A stretch of DNA of 64,000 bases from an uncultured bacterium (GTDB lineage Bacteria; Zixibacteria; MSB-5A5; UBA10806). Numbering within the stretch: the first letter of the stretch is position 1; every line of letters begins with the position of its first letter. Made by a program: the position numbers and the translations under genes. Below, in pieces: positions 18,602 to 29,106 of the stretch. The stretch is from assembly GCA_965541585.1 (NCBI GenBank), contig CBEUCH010000001.1:224001-288000 (forward strand), in the 5' to 3' direction. The notes beneath the pieces are model-generated. The model worked only from the letters and a program-made list of their open reading frames with translations, did no database searches and had not been told where the DNA came from.

Positions 18602-20740
18602 GTGAAGAAAAACAAGCCCACAAAAGAAATCCTCTTTCTGATATCAATTCTGATAGTTGGAGCGATATCTGCCAGGACGTTTCTCTATACCGGACTCCCT
18701 GTTGTGGCTGACGCCCTGGCTCATCAAGGCCGTTCGATCATAGCTTACCAGGAATTATTCAACCAGATGAGATTTCCCACCTGGTCTTTCTTTTACTATT
18801 GTGGCTACCCGTTCCTGAGATTTTATGCACCGCTTTATTATTTACTGACATCGCTACTCGCTTTCTTTGCAGGAGGAAACGTATACCTGGGAAACAAGAT
18901 CTGCCTTTTTACGCTCCATATTGCCTCGGGTTTTTCAATGTATTATCTGGGGAAAGAGCTTTTCTCTTCTCGCAAGGCGGCATTCATCGGGGCTGTATCC
19001 TATCTGTTTATTTTCTGGCATCTATTTCAGGTCGTCGCTATGGCCAGATATCCGGCCGCTCTGTTTTTTACAGAGTTTCCCCTTCTGATGCTGTTCACAA
19101 TCAGGCTTTTCCGGTATGAACGCAGCAGGGATTTGATATTGCTGGCCATTACATGGGGCTTGTTGCTTATTTCGCATCATGGTTATGCACATTTTTCGAT
19201 ATATTTTTTTGTGTTGCTCGCCGGATTTCATTTTTCAGTCAAAAGGTGGCGGAGACATCTTATTGTAGCAGGTATAGCCTTTTTGGGCGGGGTCGGGATT
19301 GCCGCATTTTCCGTAATTCCACTGGTTTTTGAATGGTCTGCATACAAGATGACAGCCGGCTCTTTATACACGACATATAGTCCAATGGTAAAGACTCTGG
19401 TCGAGAGAAAGATCGGCATGCCCCGGTACTGGGGCAGCGGTTCCTATCTTGGCATTTCGATTCTGGGCCTGGCCATTTTCGGCGGCATTTCGGGGATAAT
19501 CCGGAAAAATAAGGTCGTGATCTTCTGCCTGGTCTATCTGGGGATCTCGACATTAATGACCTTCAATTTTAAACCTCTAACGGGGATAATACCATTCTAT
19601 GCCGAGTTCAGCGGGCTTCGGCATCTCTCTTTTATGATTCTGCCGATCTGTCTATTGGCAGCATCCGGCTTTCTTGCCATAAGCGAGTTGGTAAAGAAAA
19701 GCCGGGTGATTTTTCTGATCTGTATCGTAGCGATTCTGGCAGACACTATTCCCTTTACTTTTCATAACTATTACAAGCCTGTAAAAGAGGTCTTATTTGG
19801 TAGATATCAGACTTATATGAATATAAGAAAGCGACCAGGCGGCAATCGTATTTTAGACGTGGGGAATCCGGTTGACGCCCCGTATGATCCCGGGCGGACA
19901 TATCGTTATCCCCTGGCAGGCATGATTTACAGCGGGCGAGCCGGCGTGTTCGGCCCATTTCCTCAATTCGCGCCAAGATCAAGTATGTATACATACAACT
20001 GGGTTAACGACCTTGTTCTGGACATCGTTGACCCGGGACGCGATTCTCTTTTAGAAAGCTCGAAGAAAGTTATAAAACTCTTGGATATAGATTATATCAT
20101 AAGGGCCCCCGGTCGAAATGAATCGAGGCCTGGAAAATACAGGCCGAGTTTTAAGAAAGATATCTCCTGGACGGGGACTTCATCAAGAAAGGGTGTGTTA
20201 CCGGTATTTCTGGGGTCCACCAATCAGAAGAACAGAGTGATTTTTTCAAGCGTTGCCAGGAAATGGCCCTTTTCCGATGAGAGGAAAGAAGGTGTATATA
20301 AGGTGGCGGATGACTACCAGCAGCTTCTGGACCGGTATAACATAGGGGGAGACTACAAGGCGGACACGCTATGGGTGAGAACAGAAACAGACAATACGTT
20401 TCCTGCTGCAAATCTGGAGGTTACGACTCTAGGATTCAAACTGGAAAACCAAAAAGTGGAGGTAAAACTTTCATCTACAGGGGATTGTTACATACGGCTT
20501 CCATTTAGCTACTATGATGATCTTCAGGCTACGATAAACGGTACAGAATCTCGAATATTCCCCACGGCCGACTACTTTGTTGGAATGAGGATTCCCAGAG
20601 GGACAAGCCGGATAGTTTTAACCCCGCAAATCTCTATTTTGCGGAAGGCCTGCAACCTTATTAGCATTGCGTCGCTTGTGCTGTTGACAACCTTGCTGGT
20701 GCTGCCGCGTAAACGAGTCCGGTGGCTGAAGCTGATTTAG
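18602..20740 (+). CDS. GT-C-type polytopic membrane protein (YfhO/PTPS-related family)
   Basis: DALAH...W....YCGYPFLRFYAPL; many TM helices; a large soluble loop; C-terminal LPFSYY...ATING and final TM. Confidence 0.7.
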   Translation: MKKNKPTKEILFLISILIVGAISARTFLYTGLPVVADALAHQGRSIIAYQELFNQMRFPTWSFFYYCGYPFLRFYAPLYYLLTSLLAFFAGGNVYLGNKICLFTLHIASGFSMYYLGKELFSSRKAAFIGAVSYLFIFWHLFQVVAMARYPAALFFTEFPLLMLFTIRLFRYERSRDLILLAITWGLLLISHHGYAHFSIYFFVLLAGFHFSVKRWRRHLIVAGIAFLGGVGIAAFSVIPLVFEWSAYKMTAGSLYTTYSPMVKTLVERKIGMPRYWGSGSYLGISILGLAIFGGISGIIRKNKVVIFCLVYLGISTLMTFNFKPLTGIIPFYAEFSGLRHLSFMILPICLLAASGFLAISELVKKSRVIFLICIVAILADTIPFTFHNYYKPVKEVLFGRYQTYMNIRKRPGGNRILDVGNPVDAPYDPGRTYRYPLAGMIYSGRAGVFGPFPQFAPRSSMYTYNWVNDLVLDIVDPGRDSLLESSKKVIKLLDIDYIIRAPGRNESRPGKYRPSFKKDISWTGTSSRKGVLPVFLGSTNQKNRVIFSSVARKWPFSDERKEGVYKVADDYQQLLDRYNIGGDYKADTLWVRTETDNTFPAANLEVTTLGFKLENQKVEVKLSSTGDCYIRLPFSYYDDLQATINGTESRIFPTADYFVGMRIPRGTSRIVLTPQISILRKACNLISIASLVLLTTLLVLPRKRVRWLKLI

Positions 20741-20815
20741 AGAATTACACTTAAAGCAGATATACGTTCATCTGAATTTTTTCCAGGGTTCTTCGAAGTC
20801 GTTTGATCCTGAGCG

Positions 20816-21253
20816 TCAGGATCGTTCGGTGAGTCTTCTGATAGCCTTTACAACCTGATCCTCGGGCGAGAGGAAAATACAGCTTTGATCGCCCGTGTAT
20901 TCCCGGATGTCTTTCAGACCTTCGAGATTGAAAGGATCAGCGACAGCTAAATGTGTCGTATCCTTAACCTTGAAAGCCGGGACTATCCGATGGGTCATGG
21001 CCAGATCCGTCGGGACCAGACTGGCCACCTTGGGATTAATAACGATATCATCGAGGTTGACTGCTGAAAGTCCGAAGTGTTCATGGAAAAACGACTGGGC
21101 CTGGACGGATGACATGCCGGTATAATTGGCCAGCACCTTTAGAATATCTATCTTGCGTGCCCGGCACGTTATGATGACCTGGGAGAGAATCGGTCGGGAG
21201 ATTACCCCGGTCTCTAGCATTTTTTTGATTATATGGACTCTATCGAATAACAT
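20816..21253 (-). CDS. Stand-alone GspE/PilB N-terminal (T2SSE_N/MshEN-like) domain protein
   Basis: VNLDDIVINPKVASLVP..LA...RIVP...LAVADPFNLEGLKDIREYTG parallels the N-domain of PilB in this window. Confidence 0.75.
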   Translation of the reverse strand: MLFDRVHIIKKMLETGVISRPILSQVIITCRARKIDILKVLANYTGMSSVQAQSFFHEHFGLSAVNLDDIVINPKVASLVPTDLAMTHRIVPAFKVKDTTHLAVADPFNLEGLKDIREYTGDQSCIFLSPEDQVVKAIRRLTERS

Positions 21254-21579
21254 ATCATTAAACCTCTGAATTACTTATCGAATATCGCCCCATTCTATAT
21301 TTGCCGGAACACGCAAAATACCCCGATAATTCCGGAGGGCGTTTAATAGCGCAACGGGTTTGGTCTCAATTTGAGCGAACGAACACGTCCGTATATTGGC
21401 GAAAAGGGCTTACACATTAAGAACGAGATCCATAGCTTAAAAAACTTAAGATTTGTTGAAAATAGTGGATCTTTTCCGATTTTTTATGTATTTTGCGAAC
21501 TTTGAAAATTGACGGCAGTATAAATCCGTCTGAATGTTGAATTTGAGTTGGAAAATAAATAGAAGATGAGGGATTTTGC

Positions 21580-22548
21580 ATGGTTGACGCCAGTGAATTA
21601 TGTATGAATTATGGGCCTGTGGTTGCCGTATTGAACGCTTCATTTGGGGCTGTTAAAGGAGAAGTGCTGGGGCTTCTGGGTCCTAACGGCGCCGGGAAAA
21701 CCACTATCATGAAGATCCTGACAACGCAGATCGTGCCGACATCGGGGAAGGCGAAGGTCGCCGGATTCGACATATTGATAGATGCTGTCGAGGTTCGCCG
21801 GCGAGTCGGTTATCTTCCCGAAATCCCGCCGCTTTATCCTGAAATGGAGGTTGCAGAGTATCTCGATTTCGTCGGGAAAGCCCGCGGGCTGACATCGACT
21901 GCACTTAAAAGAAGAGTTGATTATGTGACTAATGTTTGCGGCTTGAGGGAGGTATACAGGACCACCGTGGGGACTCTCTCCAGAGGCTACGCCCAGCGGA
22001 CCGGCCTGGCGCAGGCTTTGATCCACGACCCGGAGATCCTGATACTCGATGAGCCGACATCGGGATTGGATCCAATCCAGATCGTGGAGATCAGGAATCT
22101 CGTGAAATCATTAGCCCATGAGAAAACCGTCATCTTCTCGACTCATATATTGCAGGAGGTGGAGGCTATTTCCGACCGGGTCGTGATTATCACCGAGGGG
22201 GTTATCGTAGCTGACGGCACTATCGCGGAACTTCAATCGAAGGTGCTTCAGAAACAGAGATTTATACTTATAATTGGGGCATCGCAGACGGATCTCAAGG
22301 GCGCCCTGGATAGATTGTCGGGAGAACTGGCTCTGGATTACAGCGTCACCGAAGAGGACGGTTATTCGAAAGCCACTATCGAGACCGATGGTGGGATAAA
22401 TGCCTGGCAGGCACTGACAAACATGGTTCACAAAAATGGCTGGCCGGTCAGGCAGTTTACCTCTGAAAAGACCTCCCTGGAAGAGGCATTCCGCTATTAC
22501 GTGAAAAAGGGCTCTGTCAAAAGTACGGCTGAAGGAAAAGCCGCTTAG
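21580..22548 (+). CDS. ABC transporter ATP-binding protein (GldA-like)
   Basis: GPNGAGKTT, LSRGYAQR, LILDEPTSGLDP, STH. Confidence 0.92.
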   Translation: MVDASELCMNYGPVVAVLNASFGAVKGEVLGLLGPNGAGKTTIMKILTTQIVPTSGKAKVAGFDILIDAVEVRRRVGYLPEIPPLYPEMEVAEYLDFVGKARGLTSTALKRRVDYVTNVCGLREVYRTTVGTLSRGYAQRTGLAQALIHDPEILILDEPTSGLDPIQIVEIRNLVKSLAHEKTVIFSTHILQEVEAISDRVVIITEGVIVADGTIAELQSKVLQKQRFILIIGASQTDLKGALDRLSGELALDYSVTEEDGYSKATIETDGGINAWQALTNMVHKNGWPVRQFTSEKTSLEEAFRYYVKKGSVKSTAEGKAA

Positions 22549-22553
22549 GAGGG

Positions 22554-25055
22554 TTGCTGCAGATGAGAAATATTGCCATTATATTCAGAAGGGAGTTTTC
22601 GTCATACTTCAATTCTCCCATAGCCTACATATTCATAGTCGCCATCCTGGCGATTTGCTCGGGTTTTTACATGTTTTTCCTTTTCTTCCAGGTCGGGCTG
22701 GCCGAGATGCGAGATTTCTTCTCCATCAACTCCTGGTTAATGCTCTTTTTCCTGCCGGCAATTTCGATGAGGCTATGGGCCGAGGAGCAGAAGACCAGTT
22801 CGATAGCCCTGCTGCAATCTCTGCCGATGAGATCATATGAGTTGGTCTTGGGGAAATTTCTGGCAGGACTGGGATTCTATACGCTATATCTTCTGGGCAC
22901 TCTGCCCATTCCTATTGCCATATCATTCCTGGGGAATCCGGATACTGGTCCCGTTATAGGCGGATATCTGGGGCTCTTCTTCCTGGGGGGTCTGTATTTA
23001 TCGATCGGCCTGTTCTTCTCCGGGCTTTTCAAAGACCAGATAACAGCCTGGGTATTGGCGGTCATCGGATGTCTGGCATTGCATTTTCTGGGCTGGCTGC
23101 CGGTGGCAGCCCAACTGGATTCCTGGCTGGGAGGAGCGGGGACGTTTTTACAGAGGTCGGTTGGCTCTGTAGGGCATTTCGAAAATATGTATAAGGGCAT
23201 CGTCAGCGTCAACGATATCGTCTATTTTCTGTCATACGTGGCTGCCTTTCTATTCTTGAATGCGCTGACGGTTGAGCAGAGAATGAGACGGCAGGCCGAC
23301 CTGACCTTCACAGGTGTCGCCATCGCCACGATCGCGGTTGCGGCTGTACTCAACCTGGTGGTCTTCCGGCTTCCACTTGGAAGGGTGGATACAACTGAAG
23401 GCAAACTCTACACGGTAAGTGAATCGGCCAGAAATATCCTCACGAATCTCAAGACCACCGCAACGGTTCGCTATTATGTTACTCCCGAGGAAAAAATGCC
23501 TCCCGGGATGAAGGATATTCAGCGTAATGTAACCGATAAATTGTCCGAGTTCGCGCAGATCTCCGGAAATCTCAAATACGAGGTGATCGATCCCACCGGT
23601 GATGAAGAGCTGGCACAATCGCTGTCGGAGAGGGGGATTTCCCCGTTCACTTTAAGGACGACGGAAAGAGACGCCATAGGGATCAAGAAAGTCTACTCAT
23701 CTCTGGTCATATCGTATCTGGACAAGCCGGATGAGATAATTCCTCAGGTTTTACCCGGCAGCCTGCCGACGCTGGAATACGATATCTGTTCCCGGGTATT
23801 CAGGCTCGACCAGGGCGAACCGCCTGGCGTGGCGGTGATTGCACCGTATGAGCCTGTCGATCCTCGCTATAATGATCCCCGGATGAGACAGATCATGATG
23901 CAGATGGGTCAGGATATCCCCGATAAGCAGGATCGATTCACCAATTTGACCAACAATCTCCGGCAGCTTGGCTATAACGTCTCCAGGATCGTATTGTCGT
24001 CTGAAGAAACCCTGCCTGATGATGTAAAAACCTTGATTGTCCTCGATCCCAAAGGTCTTTCGGAAAGGCAGAAATACGAGATTGCCAAGGCGCTCTACTC
24101 CGGTAAGGATGTTATCATGGGCGCTCAGATGTATAAATACAACTACAACCCCGGTCGCGGCGGCAACGTTATGGTGATGCCCGCCAAGGTCGATCCCGGG
24201 GTCAACGGTTTATTGACCAACTACGGGATCTCGCTCGATGATAAGATGTTGATGGACGAGCAAAGTCAAATCGTCAGCATTCAAACCCAGGGCCCCGTAC
24301 TCGGTGGCTTTTTATCTATGCCCGTCTCGCTCGATGTCCAGTCTCCGGTGCAGGTCAGGATCTCCCCCGATAATATGAATCAGGATTTAGCCTTCACAGC
24401 CAATCTTGGCCCCATGGTCTACCTCTGGGGATCGCGTCTGGTGGTCGATTCATCGAGGATTGAAGAGTTGGGGCTTGATTTGACCACGCTGTTTACTTCA
24501 AGTTCCAATACTTGGGAGATGGAATACACGGGTGCGCCATTAACTGCTGAAAACACCAGGCCGATGAAAGAGAATATGATCGGGCGTCAATCCCTCGGGG
24601 TGCTATTGTCAGGGCAATTTCCGAATCCCTATGAGAACCAAACACCTCCGGGATGGCAGGATGTCTCGGATACCGCTCAGGTTTCGGAGGATGTCGAGAT
24701 CCTGTCCGCCGCTCCGGCCAGGCTGATGTTCATTGGATCCAGCGAAATCTTCGCCGATCAGTTTATTCCGGAACCGAGATCTCGTCGTCAAAGACCATCG
24801 CATGCGGAACTTATCTTCAAGGCGGTGGAAGGATTTACCTTGAGCGAGGATCTGCTGCATATCAGAAGCAAAGCGATTCAGGTGCGTTTTCTGGAGGAGA
24901 CATCGTCGATAGCCAAAGATATGTGGAGAGTATTTACAATATTAATGGTTCCCGTCATCATAATAGCGTTTGGAATCATCAGGATGAAGACGAGGCGAGA
25001 CAGGCGTAAGGCGTATATCAGACTGTTAGAGCAAACCGGCGGAGGGATTGCATGA
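22554..25055 (+). CDS. Fused ABC-2 permease (GldF-like) and GldG-like auxiliary domain
   Basis: RREFSSYFNSPIAY, PAISMRLWAEE, VLGKFLA, then D.T....YTVS...IL..L GldG-type region and C-terminal TM. Confidence 0.85.
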   Translation: MLQMRNIAIIFRREFSSYFNSPIAYIFIVAILAICSGFYMFFLFFQVGLAEMRDFFSINSWLMLFFLPAISMRLWAEEQKTSSIALLQSLPMRSYELVLGKFLAGLGFYTLYLLGTLPIPIAISFLGNPDTGPVIGGYLGLFFLGGLYLSIGLFFSGLFKDQITAWVLAVIGCLALHFLGWLPVAAQLDSWLGGAGTFLQRSVGSVGHFENMYKGIVSVNDIVYFLSYVAAFLFLNALTVEQRMRRQADLTFTGVAIATIAVAAVLNLVVFRLPLGRVDTTEGKLYTVSESARNILTNLKTTATVRYYVTPEEKMPPGMKDIQRNVTDKLSEFAQISGNLKYEVIDPTGDEELAQSLSERGISPFTLRTTERDAIGIKKVYSSLVISYLDKPDEIIPQVLPGSLPTLEYDICSRVFRLDQGEPPGVAVIAPYEPVDPRYNDPRMRQIMMQMGQDIPDKQDRFTNLTNNLRQLGYNVSRIVLSSEETLPDDVKTLIVLDPKGLSERQKYEIAKALYSGKDVIMGAQMYKYNYNPGRGGNVMVMPAKVDPGVNGLLTNYGISLDDKMLMDEQSQIVSIQTQGPVLGGFLSMPVSLDVQSPVQVRISPDNMNQDLAFTANLGPMVYLWGSRLVVDSSRIEELGLDLTTLFTSSSNTWEMEYTGAPLTAENTRPMKENMIGRQSLGVLLSGQFPNPYENQTPPGWQDVSDTAQVSEDVEILSAAPARLMFIGSSEIFADQFIPEPRSRRQRPSHAELIFKAVEGFTLSEDLLHIRSKAIQVRFLEETSSIAKDMWRVFTILMVPVIIIAFGIIRMKTRRDRRKAYIRLLEQTGGGIA

Positions 25056-26047
25056 ATAAGAAAATGATCTATACTCTATTCGTTGTCCTGGTGGCTTTGA
25101 TAGTCATCTCTTATGCTCTGAAGGGCCTGGACCAGGCCACTCGGTCGCCTGAGAGTTTCAATGAACTTCAAATAGATTTTAGTCCGGACGAGGTGGCGAG
25201 GATCGATGTCTTCAAGCAGGATTATCCTGACTCGGGTCTTCATTTTGCCAAACATGAATCGGGATGGGTTGTGGTCAACGCCTACAATTCGCCCGCCAAA
25301 GAAAAGGATATCGAGAAACTATTTACCGATCTTACAGAGGTGAGGGGCTCGGTCAGGGGAGAATCTGCGGATCTATACGAGGAATTTGAAATTACAGACG
25401 ATAAAGCTCTGCAGATCGAGCTTTTCGATTCCGACGATTCCAGGCTCGCGCATCTGTATGTTGGTAAAGGCTCCGGGGGCCGGGATTGTTTCATGCGGCT
25501 GGCAGAGCTGCCTGTCGTCTACCTGGCGGATGAAAACTTTATTTCACGTTTTGCGGCCTGGAACGCAGAGCCGGAGAAAAAGCTGCCGACGGATCGCTGG
25601 CTGCAATTGACATTGTGCGATATCGATCGCAACGCCATGACATCGTTTACGATCAGTAAGAAAAAGACGGAATATGAGTTTTCACTTGTCGAGGAGCCGT
25701 CCGAGGATACGCTAACGCCCCCAATAAAAGCCTGGAAACAGATCTCACCCAAGAAGGGAATAAAGCTGGAGGACAGCAAGATCAAAAGCCTCTCTTCCGG
25801 CCTGGCCGGTCTCAGGGCTTCGGATGTTGTCGATCCCTCCGAAAAAAGCAAATATGGCCTTGATAAGCCTGCTTTCATCCTCCGGGCCGGCGATGATCAG
25901 GGGAGTTCCGTTCAAGTTGATTTCGGCAGCCAGATTGATGATAGCGAAGATCGTTACGCCGCTGTGACGGGGCGGGAATCGGTATACAAGGTCAGCAAAT
26001 CGACATTCGAACGGTTTTTTGTACAGCCGTTTGAGAAAGGGGAGTAG
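25052..26047 (+). CDS. DUF4340-like periplasmic protein
   Basis: N-terminal anchor; two repeats (YEEFEIT..LYVGK and YGLDKP..VDFG); typical third gene of Gld-type ABC operons. Confidence 0.75.
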   Translation: MNKKMIYTLFVVLVALIVISYALKGLDQATRSPESFNELQIDFSPDEVARIDVFKQDYPDSGLHFAKHESGWVVVNAYNSPAKEKDIEKLFTDLTEVRGSVRGESADLYEEFEITDDKALQIELFDSDDSRLAHLYVGKGSGGRDCFMRLAELPVVYLADENFISRFAAWNAEPEKKLPTDRWLQLTLCDIDRNAMTSFTISKKKTEYEFSLVEEPSEDTLTPPIKAWKQISPKKGIKLEDSKIKSLSSGLAGLRASDVVDPSEKSKYGLDKPAFILRAGDDQGSSVQVDFGSQIDDSEDRYAAVTGRESVYKVSKSTFERFFVQPFEKGE

Positions 26048-26338
26048 TCTTTTAGGCAATATATTCCTTATATCGCCGGATTCTTGCGCCAGTTAGAAGA
26101 TCCAGGCAACTGAAGATAACAGACACTAACCTGCATTAGTACCAAAACCTACGAGGAATCCAGTGTCTGTTGCCAAGGCTAATCTGTTAGAATTACATAA
26201 GAAAGCCTGAATATTTCGTTGGATATCCCGATCAAAGACAAAAGCTTACGACATTTTCTCAATCTATAGATTTTGGGACACCTGTAACCAATTCATTGTT
26301 AATAACTTAAGCCGGACGATCTATTTACGATCAAAGGC

Positions 26339-26368
26339 TTGACTCTATTTGATCTTTCTGCATATATT
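26339..26368 (+). promoter_or_regulatory. Sigma70-type promoter for the AAA ATPase gene
   Basis: TTGACT-N18-TATATT. Confidence 0.5.
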
Positions 26369-26405
26369 ACTGTTGAAATAGTTAAATTTATTTAAGGGAG
26401 ACAGA

Positions 26406-27857
26406 ATGAGGAAGATATCCTTAGAGCAGATTATCGAGAGGTTAAAACAAGAGAATCCCTGGTGGAAAGCGCCCTATTCTCTTCCAGCCGCATACAAGAG
26501 ATGGGCGCCCAGACCTTATTTAGACCTATTGGCCCCACTGGTAGAGCAAACTAGTATACAGCGTGCTATTGTCTTGATGGGGCCCAGAAGAGTTGGCAAA
26601 ACGGTAATGATTCACCATCTTATCGACCGCCTATTAGAAGCTGGAGTTCAGTCAAAGAACATTTGCTACCTCTCAGTGGACCATCCTATTTACAATGGAT
26701 TATCATTAGAAGAATTTGTCAGGTTTTATGAAAAGGCGGCATCTATCGATATTGAGCGAGATTCATGCTACGTTTTTTTCGACGAGATACAATACCTTAA
26801 GGAGTGGGAAAAGCATCTCAAATCTCTTACGGATTCGTACCCAAACTTGAAGTTTCTCGCGTCAGGATCGGCCGCGGCGGCTCTTAAGCTACAGAGTGTC
26901 GAATCCGGAGCAGGGCGTTTCACCGATTTTCTGTTGCCGCCATTGACATTTCATGAGTACTTATTCTTATTAGAAAAAGATGATCTCATTCGAATCGATG
27001 ATCTCATTCAAGTTGAAGAAAGAGACCGCCATTTAGAATTCAAAGCCAATGACATTTCCTCCTTGAATGCCCACTTTATCGATTACCTTAATTTCGGAGG
27101 GTATCCTGAGGTGGTTTTCAGTGAGGAAATCAGGTCTGATCCGGGACGATTTATAAAGAACGACATTATAGATAAGGTTCTTCTACGGGATCTCCCGCAA
27201 CTCTATGGGATTCACGATATACAAGAATTGAATTCCTTATTTACGAGTCTCGCGTTTAATACGGCAGGAGAAATTTCGCTTGAGGAGCTCTCGCAAAACT
27301 CGGGAGTTGTCAAGAATACGATCAAAAAGTATATAGAGTATTTCGAGGCGGCTTTCCTGGTTAAAATCGTGCATAGAATAGACCGGTCGGCAAAGCGATT
27401 CAGAAGAGCTAATTTCTTCAAAATATATCTCACTAATCCTTCTATGCGAGCAGCGCTCTTCAGTCCCGTCTCCAGTGATGATTCGGCAATGGGGTCTCTT
27501 GTTGAAACGGGGGTCTTTTCACAATGGTTCCACTCAGATACACTTTTATTCTACGCACGATGGAAAGGGGGCGAAGTAGATATTGTATCGCTCGACAAGA
27601 AAATGAAGCCTGGGTGGGCAATCGAGGTAAAATGGTCGGATAGGTATTATGAACACGCGGGAGAACTCAAATCTATGGGGCATTTCTGTCGTACTCATAA
27701 TCTACCGATAGTATTTGTTACTACCAAAACAATAAGAAACTACAGGATAATTGGAAATACGACTTTTGAGTATTACCCGGCGAGTCTTTATTGCTACCTG
27801 CTCGGTTACAATATTATCAAAGGTAAAAGAACGACGATGCGTTCTAATGATCTGTGA
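26406..27857 (+). CDS. AAA_14 ATPase with DUF4143/PD-(D/E)xK-like C-terminus
   Basis: NPWW, GPRRVGKT, FFDEIQ, SGS, GGYPE, EVDIV...AIEVKW. Confidence 0.88.
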   Translation: MRKISLEQIIERLKQENPWWKAPYSLPAAYKRWAPRPYLDLLAPLVEQTSIQRAIVLMGPRRVGKTVMIHHLIDRLLEAGVQSKNICYLSVDHPIYNGLSLEEFVRFYEKAASIDIERDSCYVFFDEIQYLKEWEKHLKSLTDSYPNLKFLASGSAAAALKLQSVESGAGRFTDFLLPPLTFHEYLFLLEKDDLIRIDDLIQVEERDRHLEFKANDISSLNAHFIDYLNFGGYPEVVFSEEIRSDPGRFIKNDIIDKVLLRDLPQLYGIHDIQELNSLFTSLAFNTAGEISLEELSQNSGVVKNTIKKYIEYFEAAFLVKIVHRIDRSAKRFRRANFFKIYLTNPSMRAALFSPVSSDDSAMGSLVETGVFSQWFHSDTLLFYARWKGGEVDIVSLDKKMKPGWAIEVKWSDRYYEHAGELKSMGHFCRTHNLPIVFVTTKTIRNYRIIGNTTFEYYPASLYCYLLGYNIIKGKRTTMRSNDL

Positions 27858-28010
27858 TCTCATTTCCGATGTCGAAGGTAGCGGAGTTGCTAAAAGTAGG
27901 AAAGGGATATGAACCGTTTAGTCCGCGGCTGAAGTTACGAGCCCGGCGGTTTTCCACTTTCGCGTTGATTAAATTGCATGCGCTAAATATCAAAATTGAG
28001 AAAATGATCT

Positions 28011-29012
28011 ATGAGAATTAACGATCTCGGCGAGTTCGGATTTATCGACCGGATCAGGGAGGGTTGCCTTGTCAGGTCGGAGGGGATCATCAAGGCCATC
28101 GGCGATGATTGCGCGGTTATAAAATCACCTGACGGATCGGCAATTCTTCTTACGACGGATATGTTAGTGGAGGGCGTTCATTTCCAGCGTCAATATATGT
28201 CTCCGTTTTTGTTAGGGCGAAAATCTCTGGCTGTGAATATATCCGATATAGCTGCCATGGGGGGAATTCCGAAAGAGGCTCTAATCGCAATAGCCATACC
28301 TGAGGAAACTGAAATTGAGTTTCTCGACGGGCTTTATGACGGTATTAAATCGATAGCCGCAGAATACGATATCAACCTGTTGGGAGGCGATACAGTATCC
28401 TCGCCGAAGAACCTGGTGATCAGCATAACGCTAATAGGAGAAGCGCCGGAGGATGAGGTCTTATACAGATCCGGCGCAGCTATTGGCGATGTGATATTTT
28501 TAACAGGGGCCGTCGGTTCTTCCGCTGCTGGGCTGGATATCGCAGTCGAGAAGAGGCCGTTCGATAAAAAAGATCTATTGCCGGCCGCCCATTTTGATCC
28601 TGTTCCTCATATCAAAGCAGGACGGATTATAGCCGCCTCGAAGATCGCAAATTCCCTGATCGATGTTTCCGACGGGGTGTCTTCGGATCTGAGACATATA
28701 TGTGAAGAATCAGGCGTAGGCGCGATCATAGAATTCGATAAGGTGCCGTTGACCGGGCCGTTTCGCGAGTATTGTGAAAAATACGGTCTCGCTCTGGAGG
28801 AGCTTGCCCTTCATGGCGGGGAGGATTACGTTCTTCTGGGAACAGTGCCTGAGAAATCGGTCGGGACTCTCGAAGAAACGTTAAAATCTCAAGACTGCAG
28901 TTTTTCCCCCATCGGCAGGATTACTGAAGAAAAGGGGATAAGGGTGCAGTATGATGACGGTCGTATTCAAGAGATCGATGATTCCGGTTTCGATCATTTT
29001 CCAAACTGCTGA
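28011..29012 (+). CDS. thiL: Thiamine-monophosphate kinase
   Basis: GEFGFI, IGDDCAV, TTDMLVEGVHF, VNISDIAAMGG, IDVSDG, GGEDY. Confidence 0.96.
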   Translation: MRINDLGEFGFIDRIREGCLVRSEGIIKAIGDDCAVIKSPDGSAILLTTDMLVEGVHFQRQYMSPFLLGRKSLAVNISDIAAMGGIPKEALIAIAIPEETEIEFLDGLYDGIKSIAAEYDINLLGGDTVSSPKNLVISITLIGEAPEDEVLYRSGAAIGDVIFLTGAVGSSAAGLDIAVEKRPFDKKDLLPAAHFDPVPHIKAGRIIAASKIANSLIDVSDGVSSDLRHICEESGVGAIIEFDKVPLTGPFREYCEKYGLALEELALHGGEDYVLLGTVPEKSVGTLEETLKSQDCSFSPIGRITEEKGIRVQYDDGRIQEIDDSGFDHFPNC

Positions 29013-29106
29013 TCGCAGATATCGGAAACCACTAATAATTACATAAGTTTTCATATTTTATATTAGTTCTTGACTGAAGCACAAAATTTCTCATAGAGAT
29101 AGAGTT

